DNA of 64,000 nt from Isurus oxyrinchus (taxonomy: Eukaryota): positions 109,492,001 through 109,556,000 of the forward strand of contig JANJGN010000007.1 in assembly GCA_026770705.1 (NCBI GenBank), written 5' to 3'. The position numbers and the translations under genes are program-made. Shown here piece after piece: positions 25,601 through 38,142 of this stretch; the stretch's first letter is position 1, and every line of letters begins with the position of its first letter. The notes below the pieces were generated by a model. That model saw only the letters and a list, made by a program, of their open reading frames with translations, was not told the origin of the DNA and made no database searches.

Positions 25601-26127
25601 CCCCACCCACTTTTCCGATCCCCCTTTTTTTCCAATATTTTTAATACATTTTTTAAATATATTTTTCTTTTCCTACCTATTTCTATTATTTTACAATTTA
25701 TTTCAATGCATTGTTTTATCTCAAACTTTTAGCCTATTTCGAACCCTTCCCCCACTCCACCCCCACAAGGGCCATCTGTCATCTGTTCGACCTGCGTTCT
25801 ACCCTTAATGTCACCATTAGCACATTCCTTATCTTATATCACAACCGTCATCACCCCTTTGTCCTTTTGTCTACCACATCTTTTGCAATCTCTTCTTTGC
25901 CTCTATCTATTACTGGCCCTCTATCCAGCTCTACCTGTCCCAAACCCCGCAAACAGCTTCTATTTGACCTCATTTCTATGTTTCCTTCTTTCTGAGGAAG
26001 AGTCATACGGACTCGAAACGTTAACTTTATTCCTCTCCGCAGATAGTGTCAGATCTGCTAAATTTTTCCAGCTATTTTTGTTTTTTTCTTCAGATTACCA
26101 GCATCCGCAGTATTTTGCTTTTATTAT
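22695..26127 (+). mobile_element. Penelope-like element copy 2 with direct terminal repeats (~22695-23040 and ~25640-25990), RT and GIY-YIG endonuclease
   Basis: SVLSKGLSF, IKPADKGG, YLLPKIHK, FTMDIQSIY and LVYCMHCS*CSLLYIGDT; internal deletion of the RT core near 24550; multiple stops. Confidence 0.93.
25988..26027 (+). ncRNA. Minimal hammerhead-ribozyme motif in a Penelope terminal repeat
   Basis: CTGAGGA-A-GAGTC(ATACG)GACTC-GAAAC-GTTA; perfect 5-bp stem II. Confidence 0.65.
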
Positions 26128-29100
26128 AAAGGAGAAAGGGGGCCGGTGAGCCAGGTGAACGATTGGATGCTGAGCGTTCAGCTTGGCGCACAACGATGAC
26201 GTCAGATGCACATTGTCCTAGGTGGTGGATTTGTTCCGAACTCCTTTTCGCGGCACACAATAATGGCGTCAGCGGTGCCGGCTTCCTGTTGGTACGAATC
26301 GTTTTAATTGAGGTAAGTCAGGGAGGACGTGGAACGAAATCTTGCTGCAGAAAAACTGACCCTTTTGCTGCCACCCAGTTAATTAAAAATCCAACGCTTG
26401 TTAATTAACATGTCTCCGCATTGGACAAGGCAATATAGAGATGCTTATTTTTCAAATGTTACCCATAAGTTTTCTAAGGCAGCAAGCAGAAGCGATAAGT
26501 ATACCTAGCTTGAGACACCGATCATCTGATACCTGCAGACTTACAAGTTCAGTCACCTACACTCATGCAAACCTGCAGCGACTTCCACTTCTGCAAATGG
26601 AAGTATAATTATACCTTCTTTCACAAACATCTAGCAAGCAGACTTTTGTTACAAATACACACTGATAAATATCTGAGCAAGTCCTTTCTCTACGCTCTTC
26701 AGACTATTTTGCCAGTTGAATATTTTACCGTAAGTCATCAACTGCAACAGATTCTATTTTTAATCTCAGAAAAGCACAGCATTTTCCAATGGTCTCTGTA
26801 ACTTGCTTGTAGCTCAGTTGACAAGTGGTCCCCCAAAGAGCATTACTGAGTCATGCAGCGGTTACTTTATTCCAATCTCTGGCTCTGTTGAAATTCTACC
26901 CAGGTACTCGGGCTAGACAGCCGATCTCAATTCTCGTGGCCTTCGATTCATGCAGGAGATCAAACGGAGAGGTAATTGATCCTACAATCTGATCATCAAT
27001 TAGGGGATTTGAGAGAGGAAAATGTAATCAATGTAGCCAAAATTTTGCCTTTCTTGGGGACTAATTCAATCGCTGAGATTGTTGAAGTCATTTGTTAGTT
27101 CGTCTGTCTATGATTCCACGAATGACGTCGATACAAGCAATTGTTATGTTTTGGGTGATTTCATTCTTTTTAACTTTCTTTATTCCTTGCTTAAATTTTC
27201 TCTCCTCTCTAATTCGATTACGTGTTCTCAGTTGGGTCTCTAACCCTCTAAGGCTTCTCCTGTTCAGTTTGCAGATGGATTCGATCTGACAGCTCTATGG
27301 TTGATGGGGTATCGATATGATTCTAGGAGGTTAAAACAGCTCGCCTGTGCTGCTAAAAATAGAGTACGATTAGGCGAATTCGCTGTCACATACGCAATTC
27401 CAGAAAACATTCTCATTGTCGGCTCTTGACCTTCCAAATGGTTCAGTTATTGGAAGAGTTTTGTCCAATACAGAATATCGGCGGCGCACAGCTGTCTCCC
27501 GGGCCTGACTGTTACGAGGAGTTCGCCAAGCAACAGCAGCATGACTCTGGCTGGCCGAATCAAAACCACGATAAGGTACTTAATTAAAGATTCGATTAGA
27601 TACGAATTGTGACCGATTACCCTTTATTGGTTATGCAGCCAAGGTCAACATAAAGTAGCATAGCACGACATAACGCTACGATCCCAAAAAGATCAGATAT
27701 CCGCCATTGCGGTACTGGACATAATAGCGTGCGTTGTCTGCTTCATCTTGCTCACCTCTCCTAGCCAGAGGGCCTTAGATACCTGCCAGCATTGTCTCCA
27801 CCAATGCAAGCCAATGTGTCCCTCCCTTTTACTCTGTATCTGACTGTTAAAATCGCTCTTCTTATATGACGCGAAGTGATAGTCTTCAGACTAGAACACA
27901 ATGTTTTCCCCAGAACAGTTCAAATTCAGGTTTCCTGACTACCAGGAAGTTTATGTTTCCAGCCTTAATTGACAATGGGCAATCATGCCCCTTATCAATA
28001 ACTTGCAGAGGTATCCCCTTTGATCTGGACCAATAATCATCCAATTGTCAGTTTAGTTCATTGATCTTTTACAGACAATAGTGCTAGTTGATGTGGCTCA
28101 CAAGTTTCAGTTGGTCTCTTATGAGAAACATTTCTTACACCTACCGTTCTGTGTGTATAGAAATGACTGTGCAAACATGGGGTTTACATTTTAGAATTAT
28201 TAAGATTACTGAACTGTCAAATGCACAGCCCTAACCTTACAACATTAAACGGGCAAATTAATCAGTAAACAAGTATTAGTAAATTAATCCATGATAATCG
28301 TGTACTACAGCTACTGGTAGCTACTGCTAAATAGGTAGCAAGATAATGAACATTTTAATTGAATACAATCTTTAATTTTTATTTATACCTTCGACTGAGC
28401 ATCCAACATGGCGATAGCTTGCAAATAAATTTAAACATTTGGAATATTTAGTTGATAGTAGATGCAAATCACACAATGTATGGAACACAAACGCCCACAG
28501 CATGACTTTTAAACAGTGCTCAAAACGTTACGCATCTTTGTTTATCTGAAATAAACATCTGAAGCTGCATAATTTGGGAATTGTAAGACATGTGAGACCT
28601 GCATGGTAAAATTAAATTCATAATTGCAGGCGTGTTGTAATCTACTGTAGGACGCGCCTTGTCATTGGAATGTGTTATCGCAGGACGCTGCGTATTCTGC
28701 CGTCAGCACCAAAGTAATGGTCCTTCCCTTTGAACTCGAAGAATGCTGTCCAAAAATATGCAACAATTCCTTTTGCATCCTTCTCTTTCCGATGGTGCTT
28801 TAAATCTAACGTCGTCAACGAGCTGCCTTGGCCTGTATCATTGGTGATGCCAGCAAGCGGGTAAGCAACTAAGCACATTGAAGTATTCACACACAGCAAA
28901 CGATGAAATTAAAACCACTTTCATTTTGCATTTACATTTTCAGATATTAAAATTAGTTATTATGATTGGGTTTAGATAGACGCAAATATATCACTAAAAG
29001 CAGATGGTAAAATGACTTAAAATATATTGTATTTTTAACATAATGGAGAACTTTCAGATTTCACAAATATAAGATTAGCTTTTCAGGGTGAGCCAAGGTA

Positions 29101-29623
29101 TTTCGCAGTAACGATGAAGTTAGTACGCTGTTTTAAAATATAACAAGTTACTTCTCAATCACCGAGGCGTATTTTTTCCAAAGACTTTTATAAACAGGCT
29201 AACAGCCCAAAAGAGGAGGGTGGTCCCGTCAAATTTTAATTGTATAGGAAATTGCAGTCCGTGGTGACCTCCATAGCCCACGTTAAACAGAACCAGATGT
29301 TCGTTGACATCAACTTTTTGTTTTCCGCTTTGTTCTGCGCATGTTTGGACTCTTAAAGTAGTTGTCGGTGTCAGGGGAAAATGACGGCGATATCTGACAG
29401 TTTCGTTGTTATTACAACCACAAAATTCCGGCCAGTTGTAAAGCTTTAGCTATAACATTGGACTGAACTTAATCTGGTTGATAACAGGGCCTGACGTTGA
29501 TGAAAATAGAGGGCATCCTATGTGGATTTTCTGGTCATGTGAGGCAGGAAAAGGCGCCTACAGCTAGCATTGGCGTCATTTGAAATTTGATCCTGTGTGG
29601 TCTATCGACGTTTATGTGCCTTT

Positions 29624-29713
29624 TTATTTCCTTCTAGGTTTTCCATTTTTATTGGAACTAAATAGTTCGACTGCTGCGTAAGTCGGCGGGTTTTCAATTG
29701 CTTCTTGCAAGGT
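29624..29713 (-). CDS. Gene B terminal exon TLQEAIENPPTYAAVELFSSNKNGKPRRK*
   Basis: Homologous to gene A 17942-18073; stops before the last Tyr motif. Confidence 0.78.
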   Translation of the reverse strand, partial: TLQEAIENPPTYAAVELFSSNKNGKPRRK

Positions 29714-32700
29714 CTATAAATGCAATGATTTGTAAAATTAGTTCTTAACTTCATTAATCTATAGATTACATCATAAAACAGAATCGTCATCATAGTATTT
29801 GGATCGTCTTTAGGTTAGCATATTTACATTATTGAGTCACCTAATTATCTCGGGTAATTTCATTTAATTAATGGGGGTGGGCATAACCACCTATTCATTT
29901 AACTAATATCCAATCCCCTGAAATATGCCTTCAAATAAATCATCCCAAATTCACCGTGGCTGTTAATTTAGCTTAAAATTCATTAGAAAATTTCCCAGAT
30001 GCACTATATGTAATGGTAATTGCATCCACTGTTTCACAAATCACCTATTTGATATAATGCTGGGTTCGTAGAATTGTTCATACTTGTCCTTGTGCTAGTT
30101 TCTAGAACAGAGTACCCATTTAGTCTCATACGCCTGTCTCTTCCCCTACACCGAATTATTTATTTTCTTTTTGAAATAGGTATTGCCCCTTTTTGTAAAT
30201 ATTATATAGATTTTGCTTCCAGTTTTCCGGTATGGAATTCCACGTTCCAACAACCCTCTCGCTGAGAAACATTCTCCTTTGATGATAATATTAGATTTAC
30301 ACCCTCAAGTTACCTACTCATTGTCAGTGGAAATCATTTCCCCCAGTTATTTTCCAAGCTCCTTCAAAATGTGAATACTTCACTCGAGTCTTCATTAGTT
30401 TACATTAAAGTGTCTCCAGTTGATCCTCAAAACTGAAATCTCCGACCACAGTTAACAATCTAGCGGCATAAGTATTAGTGAGGCCGATAAACCTAAACTT
30501 AATTCCAAGCGATGAGCAACATTTCCAGGCAGAAATTAATCAAATAAAGAAAATTACTTATTTGCTGAGCATGTTTCACGGTCTCAGCCCGTCCAAATGA
30601 ACAGTCAATGATTCCCTACAAAACAGGGTCACCATCGTAATAGAGGAAATATTGCAAATGCCCATCCAGGTGAAGTAGTTTCGGGTGAAGGTCAACACAA
30701 AAGATCGAATTTAACACCGAGGACCAGGCTGAAACTCTGAAATGCTAACGTTACATGTGCCTCCAGGACGTGGACAGAATTAACTTTGAGTATCCAAAGC
30801 GTGTAACTTAAATCTAAAACTACCATTATGTGTGTCCCTAACGAGATTCACATGAAGCATAAAAAAAGCAAACTGGTAAATGTTGCAACTCATTTCGTTG
30901 TCATTGGCCCCGGCAATTGCTCTATGGCAACAGCTTCGAATTTTCTTGTATGGCTCCAAACTGGTTTCCATTTTACTTAGGAGCTCGCCGGGCGGAATGG
31001 CCAGAAAATCCTAGCTGTTGCAGGGCTGCGCCAAACTGAAACTAAACTTCCAATCTCAGGAAAAAGGGTATGAAGGCTTAAAAATAAAACACCAAACGTT
31101 GAATTTCGTTTGAAGTTTATTTTCCAGATCTTTGCCTAATGAAATGATTTGTCTTTGGGGATATTGGTTAGGAAAACAATGACATTGATTCATTACGCGG
31201 GTCCAATCCCGTGTAATTTTGGGTTTTGACAGCTGCAGTAGCTGCAGCCCGATATAGTCATGAAGGTTAGGAGGGACAGGGAAGAGCTGTTTTTGCCTGC
31301 TTTCTGTAGGAATAACTTTCGATATCTAAATGCTGACAAGCAACGTGAATATGGTGTTTGCGCCATGATCCGCCCTCTTCTCCAATGAGACGGCCGTAAA
31401 AGTCTCGCATTAAAATAAGCAGAACACTAAAAGTTAAGTTGGACCCAAATTGCCCAATCATTCTCCAGCCTTCAAAGCCTGCTTGTTGCTATTCTCAGAG
31501 CCCTGCTTCAAGGAGCCTCGCTCAAATTTTGTCCCATTCCAACCCGGCACAATGCGTTCTCATGGAGCCGGCCTATACTGGGGATGCTCCTAGACTGTAT
31601 ACTGGTCCTGTCAAAAAAATACTCTATCCCTGGGCCTGGACTATCTTGGTATATGTAATGCCTGCGCAAATGATTTTGGTCTGAATTCGGCGCCAACCTC
31701 GTCTTGTGAGTGTTTTTTACTGACAAGTATTGATGTCCCAGTTTGATATGGGTAAACTAGAGAAGCATGCAAGTTTACATTAATACTAAGCATGCAAAAA
31801 TGTTACACAAATCTAACATAGATTTGAAATTTTCTCAACTCAACGCAAAATTTCCACATTGCATTTGAAACATCAGTCGAAGGAATGACATTAACTTACA
31901 GATTCACCGCAATTGTTGGCTTCATCTTGTTTCAGTCTGCTTACTAAGACACAAAATTCAAATCGCCTTTGTTAATAAAGCAGGATATGGCTCAGCAAGT
32001 ACAGCGAATGTCAATTTACCGTGAAGACTGAGTAGGAAAGCACCATCAAACTCCGCAACCTGTGATTACGCCGTAGGTTGTTGGGTGGTAAATAGTAATA
32101 CAACATTGTTCACTGCAAGAAAAAAACGCCTGAACGATGGAGAAAATAATTTTGGATAAATTCTTCTCCGACTATACTTAATTTCATGGATCCGAGAGAG
32201 GAGATTTTCGAATCGGCGTGCGTTAGGAGGTGGCGTACCGAAAACACGATCCATCTTTAAGCTCCTACCAATCTAAAATAAATGCTGTAATCAAAGCCAC
32301 AGGCCTATTTCAAAAGCCAACAACCAGCAGAACTCAATTCCAGCGGCAACAGAAAATTGCGTTCAAGCTGGGATCAATCTTTTCTCGCCGCTGACTGGCC
32401 GCTTCTTGTTCGTTGTGATTTGTATTTTAATTAAATGATAGTGTGATCTTACCTTTATAGTTGTTGAATATGAACAACATTCTAATGATGGTCACCAACA
32501 CCAAAAATATCAATACGAACCCTGCGCACCCAAAGATCGGTAAATAAGATGAGAACGTAGGACTGTCACGACCTGAAAGATTAATTTAACTTTCACATAC
32601 TGAGCTGTACATTGTGGAGGGTGTCATCTGCAGCCACAGCCATAAAGAAAATCTTACATTGAAGAATTGTTTGATCAGTTTAGCATGGGTAATAAAATGT

Positions 32701-35700
32701 TAGTTGATGGAAATGCATTTACCGCTGTTTAAAACTAAACCAAGAGTGATAGGGGTGCAGAAGTGACACATCGCATCTTTTGATCTGCAGAAGCCGATAA
32801 GGTAATCATGAGAAGTGCAAAAACGGGCTGCTGACTCTTTCTACGGCCCATTTGTGCTATCACTCTGGGCGAACAGCAGCACTTTTCAATTCTAGGCTCA
32901 CTAATACTTAGTCTCGGTATCCTTTTTCACACTGGGGGACAGGAGCGGTTTTTATTGATGCGATGAAAAAAATATTTTTGCTTTAAGGAGTTAATAAATT
33001 GAAGTATTAATTCCCCCCAGCACCATGTGGAGTTATATCCTTGTGAAGTTTTACTCTGTTAGTTATGTCTAGACATATTCTTTTTCACTGCAGAATATGA
33101 TAGTAAAATTTCTTCCAAGACCCATTTGTATCACCAACACTCTACTAATTCTACACAATGTGGTTGCCATTATCTCAAGAAAATGCTCGAAATGCGGCAA
33201 GTATATGATAGCCAGCAGAGTATAACTTAATACCAATTCCCGAACCTATGAGAAACCACGAGCACAGGTGATGTTCAGAGATATATTTGCCATAGAGCTG
33301 TCAGGAATTCGTTCCCATTTGCCACTTCCGAGTGAAGAACTTCAATACATGCCTCAGACTTGCTCTGGTCTAAAGAAATCCACTTAACGTTACAATCTTG
33401 ATGCACTAACTCAGTGATTATCTACTTGAAACTTGACAGATTGTGAGCCAGTTTGACTAAATTGACCAGTGGGGAAAATTAATTTTGTTTTTTAGAAGAA
33501 GTGTTTTCTGGGTTTCGATGTTTACTGAGCTGCAGAGATGTATTTGCATTAAGCGCATTTCCAACCTCGGCCGTGGGAAAACAGCATGTGGAAAGCCAAA
33601 TCTGGCCGTAAGGCTCAAGCGCGCCAACCTACGCCGATAGTTTCACGCCCGGCCGAAGTTTGAAGTTCCCTCCATTTCAAAAGTTGTTATTATTCCGGAG
33701 TAGCTGGTAAGTCAGAAACTGGAAGCCTAATTACACTGGAAAAAATGTTAAGTTGCAACATTCGTAATATTGATCTGATTTTACAAGCATACTTTGTACC
33801 TTATTTCTATTGTCTGTTAGTGAATTGGAATTCAATAACGGAAGAAAAAGTTCTTACTGTGTCAAATGTTTTGTGTTCTATGAAAAGTAACATCATACCT
33901 GAGTTACAATTGGGAACCATGTAGCTTGCCATGGCTGGAATCTGGAGAGTCACATGAGAAACCAGACAGACATAGACAGTTCCCCCCTGGATAGGTTGTG
34001 CCTCTTCAATATAGCTCGAAGCTTCATACATTCCTGCTCTGCTGAGTTGTTTGGTGGTATGTATTCCAGTTTCAATGCTTCCATTATTTTTGTACCAAGT
34101 GATAGTCAGCCCCGCCGGGTAAAATGAAGCCATTTCGCACACGAGAGTCAACGAGCCGGGTACATTACTTCCAGATGCGTGAGAAACAATCTTCACTGGA
34201 GTTGGGGGTGCTGGTGAAAGGCCGAAGAAGAAAGTTAATACCCCGTCTATTCTAGAACATGGAGTAGAATTCACTTTTATGACGGACTTTTCCCAATCGC
34301 GAGGTTTGATTTCAAGTCGGCTATAACCATAAAAGAGCTATCAATTTGTGAGTCAATGCTGAAGTGAAAACATTACCGTATAATTATCGTAAGTTATAGA
34401 ATCATAGAGTACGATTACGAAAAATGTCAGTCGGCTCGTCGTGCCTGTTTCGGCTCTTTGGAAGAACAGCGAAAAACGTTTCACAGCTCGATTCTTCCCC
34501 CGAGCTCGACAAGAGTTCCCCTTCAAGATCTTATCTAATTCCTTTTGAAGTTTCTATTGAACCTGCTTCTAACACCCTTTCAGGCAGTGCATTCCAGGTC
34601 AAACAATTCGGTACAATTAAATTGTTCCATGTGTAAACTCACAAAACCCGACTTTCCTGTATTACCTAGATAGGTCGAAGAATTCGAAAGCACGGATGAA
34701 ACATTGGTGATGACTTTGTAGTGAATAGAAGTGTGTTTGTGAAAAGTTTAAATGCTTTCTATTTGCGACCCAGCGAAACTTCCAGGGTGACCTCAGACTG
34801 TGTCGCTACTTAAAATGAGCAGAGGAATTGTAATTCCACACCCTTCTTGTTGCTTACCGTAATCCGAGAAATAAAAAGGGTCGACATAGTATCATCGAGG
34901 GTGGTTTATAATAAACAAACAAAATGGCAATCAGGGACTTAACAAAGGCTAAACTTTCACGGGTTACTTCAACGTATGAAATACATCAGGGCATTGAGAA
35001 CTGCAGTGAATGGAGTTTGCACAACTCGTGAATAAATTCATCAAATTCTTTACCGATGACATATGCGTTTTTGAGGGGATCTCAGATGATTCAAATTCTT
35101 GAGTTAATCAGTCAGAAACTGACCAAAGCCACTGAATGAAGAACAGAAGTGAAAATAAAGCATCTGAGAGTCTTGGAGCTTACAATACTCTCTATAGCTC
35201 AATGGCAGCACCCTTAACTCTGAGAAAGTCATGAGTTCCATGTTCGACTCCCGGGATTTGCGCACATAATCAAGTCTAGCTCTTCAGCATAATATGGAGA
35301 GAGCGTTGCAATCTAATAAGTGTCGCGTTTCGGATGAGATAAACCCCTCCTGATATATACTATCCTCCGGCATTGTTCAGAGAAAAGCATTGAAATAATG
35401 CCATGGCCATTAATTATCCCCCAAACACGGTCACTAATTGCTTGGCAAGTGTCTCATTTCTGTTTGTAGAACGTTGCTGTGTGCAAATCGGCTGCACATT
35501 AAAACATAACGACATTTGAAAAGTACTTTATCGTTTATAAAACTCTTAGAGACACTAGAAGCTCTATATATTCGATTTAGCGCAGGAAGAGAGGGGTTCG
35601 TGTTCAGATTGACATTAGACTCAATAGGAACACTGTTAGCATGGTATTTATTTTTTGCTGATCAGGAAACCGCATTTTAACTGCTCAAAATATTATTTAC

Positions 35701-36477
35701 ACTGAAACCCCTTCATGTTATTTCACAATCTGCATCCGCACTTGAATTACATGAAAACGTTTCCTGTGCAAGTTAGAATGCATGACAGAACAGAAATAAT
35801 TATTAATGAAGCAAGTAAGATGTTGAAAAATAAAGAGCATCTGTATTTCAGACCTCAAGTTTTCCCATTGGACCATTTGATTGCTAATGTGAATGTTAAA
35901 GGAAAGCGCAAGGGAGCACGGAAGGGATTTTATTCCTTATTATTAATTTGAATAACTGTGAGACTGTGAGACAGCCTAGCCTCTTTGCAATTCTTTTACC
36001 ACTGACGACGAGCCTTGATCCACTTCCATTTGCGACCCTGTTTCCCAGAATTGTTACTCCGCAGTAATACACTCCAGAGTCCTCGACACCGGTACTCAGG
36101 AGTTGGAAGGAGGCTCTTCCTTTCTCAGTTACAAATCGTCTCCTGCTGTCTGATCCTGGCTGCATCAATTCTTTTTCGCCAAGTTTCCACCAATAAATGT
36201 TCATATCTGAATCCTCTTGAAAAGTAGAAAATGTGCAGCTGAATGAAATATTTGCACCAGTGATCGAATAGGTATTTTCAGGGGTCTGGGTCACTTCAAG
36301 CAGAGCATCGGCAGCAACTATTAAAGAAAATGAACATTGGTTTTAGTTATAAAACACAGGGAGACGGATAGAGAGAAAGCGAGAGACAAACATAAAGGCA
36401 AAGAGCGAACTATGGAATGTACCAATGAAGATAATCCATATGAGGTGCATGCTCTGAAGCACAGCCCTCGTAGTCAT
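29624..36477 (-). CDS. Gene B: intact V(J)-C1-TM receptor, 312 aa, with a reduced tail (single PTYAAV)
   Basis: Exons 36477-36423, 36317-36000, 34210-33899, 32572-32453, 31943-31900 and 29713-29624 are all GT-AG and in frame (939 nt). No counterpart of the 102-nt ITIM exon was found. Confidence 0.85.
31900..31943 (-). CDS. Gene B 44-nt linker exon VSRLKQDEANNCGES
   Basis: ttag|...|gtaagt, 44 nt; NNCGES matches gene A NHCEEV. Confidence 0.8.
32453..32572 (-). CDS. Gene B transmembrane exon
   Basis: GRDSPTFSSYLPIFGCAGFVLIFLVLVTIIRMLFIFNNYK; tttcag|...G|gtaaga. Confidence 0.88.
33899..34210 (-). CDS. Gene B C1 exon
   Basis: LTLVCEMASFYPAGLTITWYKN...YVCLVSHVTL...PNCNS; 312 nt. Confidence 0.95.
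36000..36317 (-). CDS. Gene B V exon
   Basis: VTQTP..NISFSC..IYWWK..EDSGVYYCGVTILGNRVANGSGSRLVVS; 318 nt. Confidence 0.95.
36423..36477 (-). CDS. Gene B leader exon MTTRAVLQSMHLIWIIFI
   Basis: Hydrophobic signal peptide, phase-1 donor G|gtacat. Confidence 0.85.
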
Positions 36478-38047
36478 TTCAGCGATTGTTCCTGGACGTT
36501 TGAAGATAACACGAAAGTCTCATTCTGAGGCGAAATAACACAGTGCATAACCTGATGAGAAGTATGAGGCGATGACGTATGTGACGAGATGCCTACGAAT
36601 GTGGTGCCAACGGGCGTGCTTAAAGAATGGAAGCGTATGCTTCATGCAGATAAAATCCTCATCACACCACCCAATGTTAACTCAAGGCAACATCAGGCTT
36701 ATGTAAGTCTTTTGAAAGGTATCATTAAAGTTTCAAAATGCTGTCTACTTGATCAAATAATTTGTCGAATTGTTTGAGCTTTCCAATGCAACAGATGTGT
36801 TTTATGGGCGTCTGTAATTGTGACAGGTGGGGCCGCAGTGTTCAAACTCAATGCCGCATACACCCTGCATTGTAATTTCAGTTACATTCAGAAGCTGCAG
36901 TGTACAGGAGCTTTCAGCGTTAGGGTTGCAAGGCGTAAGCTGAAAAAAGATAAATCACGGGACAGTTAGTATTAATAGTAATTCGAGATTTAGGGAAAAA
37001 AACCCTGCGAGTATAAGAAAAAGCGAAGAATGGGCATGGCTTGGAAGACTGCAGAAGGAACAAGTCTTAAATCCAACTGTCTGCAGAAGTTAGGTAGAGC
37101 GTCCTGGTTAATATATTCACAGCAGAAGGTGAAAAGGGGAAACCATTCGGGACAGCGCTAACAGTAACGCGATAGTATAGGAAATTAATGGTGTAAGGGG
37201 CAAAGAGACGGGGAATGAGAATAAAAATAATTGTTAGTAAGAAGCCATTTCTGTTGTTCTGGCTATCTGTACCCAAGAGGTCGGAATCGCTCAAGCTCTA
37301 TGGTCATTGTCAATTATTGACGTCCTTGGACTTGACAGACAGTTAAGAGCTGTTAATGGGTAAATAATACTTCGGCGGGAAAGTTAGCTTGGACGTTTTG
37401 AATACAATTAATTATTGTGATATTTGTCACCCATGAAAATCGTTGCCACCAATATATTTTTCTAAAATCATTTCGTGAAAACTTAACTTAGTAATATTAC
37501 AACTTGAACACTTAAAATTGCCATTTAATAACATTTGTGTCGACACAATTCGAAGTGTTAAGGCCTAGACATTTAATATCGTTGTGTTCTGAAATAACAT
37601 GTTGTTGTCAAAAGTGACCCATGCTATATTATTCATGATGTTATTATTAAGGCAATTGAATACACGCTGTGCTCACATACCTTACCGTTCGCAAATTATG
37701 GAGTTTCGGGTGTTTATTTCAAAGGAACGAAAATATAGACTGGAGTGAAATTTCAGGCTGATCGTCTAAAAGCCGTACTGTTAGCTGGGTTGTACCAGCC
37801 ACTGTGAAACACGCATTATGATGCAAATTCAGAGCAGTATCCGGCTTCAGCACGCAAGCCACTTTAGAACTTATATAGGGACGATCTTATGGGGTGATAA
37901 ATCACAACAGTTCGATCCTCACCAACGAGCAGGATGAGAATAGCAACGTCAAGACAGCTCAATCACCTCCAAGTGCTCCTGTTAAGTCTCACACCATGTT
38001 GACGTGGAGAAACGTTCCCTTCATCATCTTCGAGTCAATATCCTAGT

Positions 38048-38142
38048 CAAAAACAGAATTACCTGGAAAAACTCAGCAGGTCTGGCAGCATCGGCGGAGA
38101 AGAAAAGAGTTGACGTTTCGAGTCCTCATGACCCTTCGACAG
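38048..38142 (-). mobile_element. 95-bp Penelope terminal-repeat mini-insertion with a 10-bp TSD
   Basis: ATATCCTAGT at 38038-38047 and 38143-38152; near-identical to ~43158-43252. Confidence 0.85.

Noticed and set aside
28675-28899. ORF with LTTLDLKHHRK as a possible displaced ITIM exon of gene B
   Set aside because: No Tyr, wrong position (downstream of the terminal exon) and wrong phase.
30550-30650. Apparent exon beginning tgtag|GGA
   Set aside because: Resembles a decayed SINE tail; no homology to the paralog exons.
31630-31680. ITYTKI motif in the last intron of gene B
   Set aside because: The nearby acceptor gives the wrong frame, and there is no homology to the 102-nt exon.
32020-32059. 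40-nt AG/GT-flanked cassette in gene B that would end the tail at GCGV*
   Set aside because: Weak polypyrimidine tract and no counterpart in A or C; probably chance, though RNA-seq could test it.
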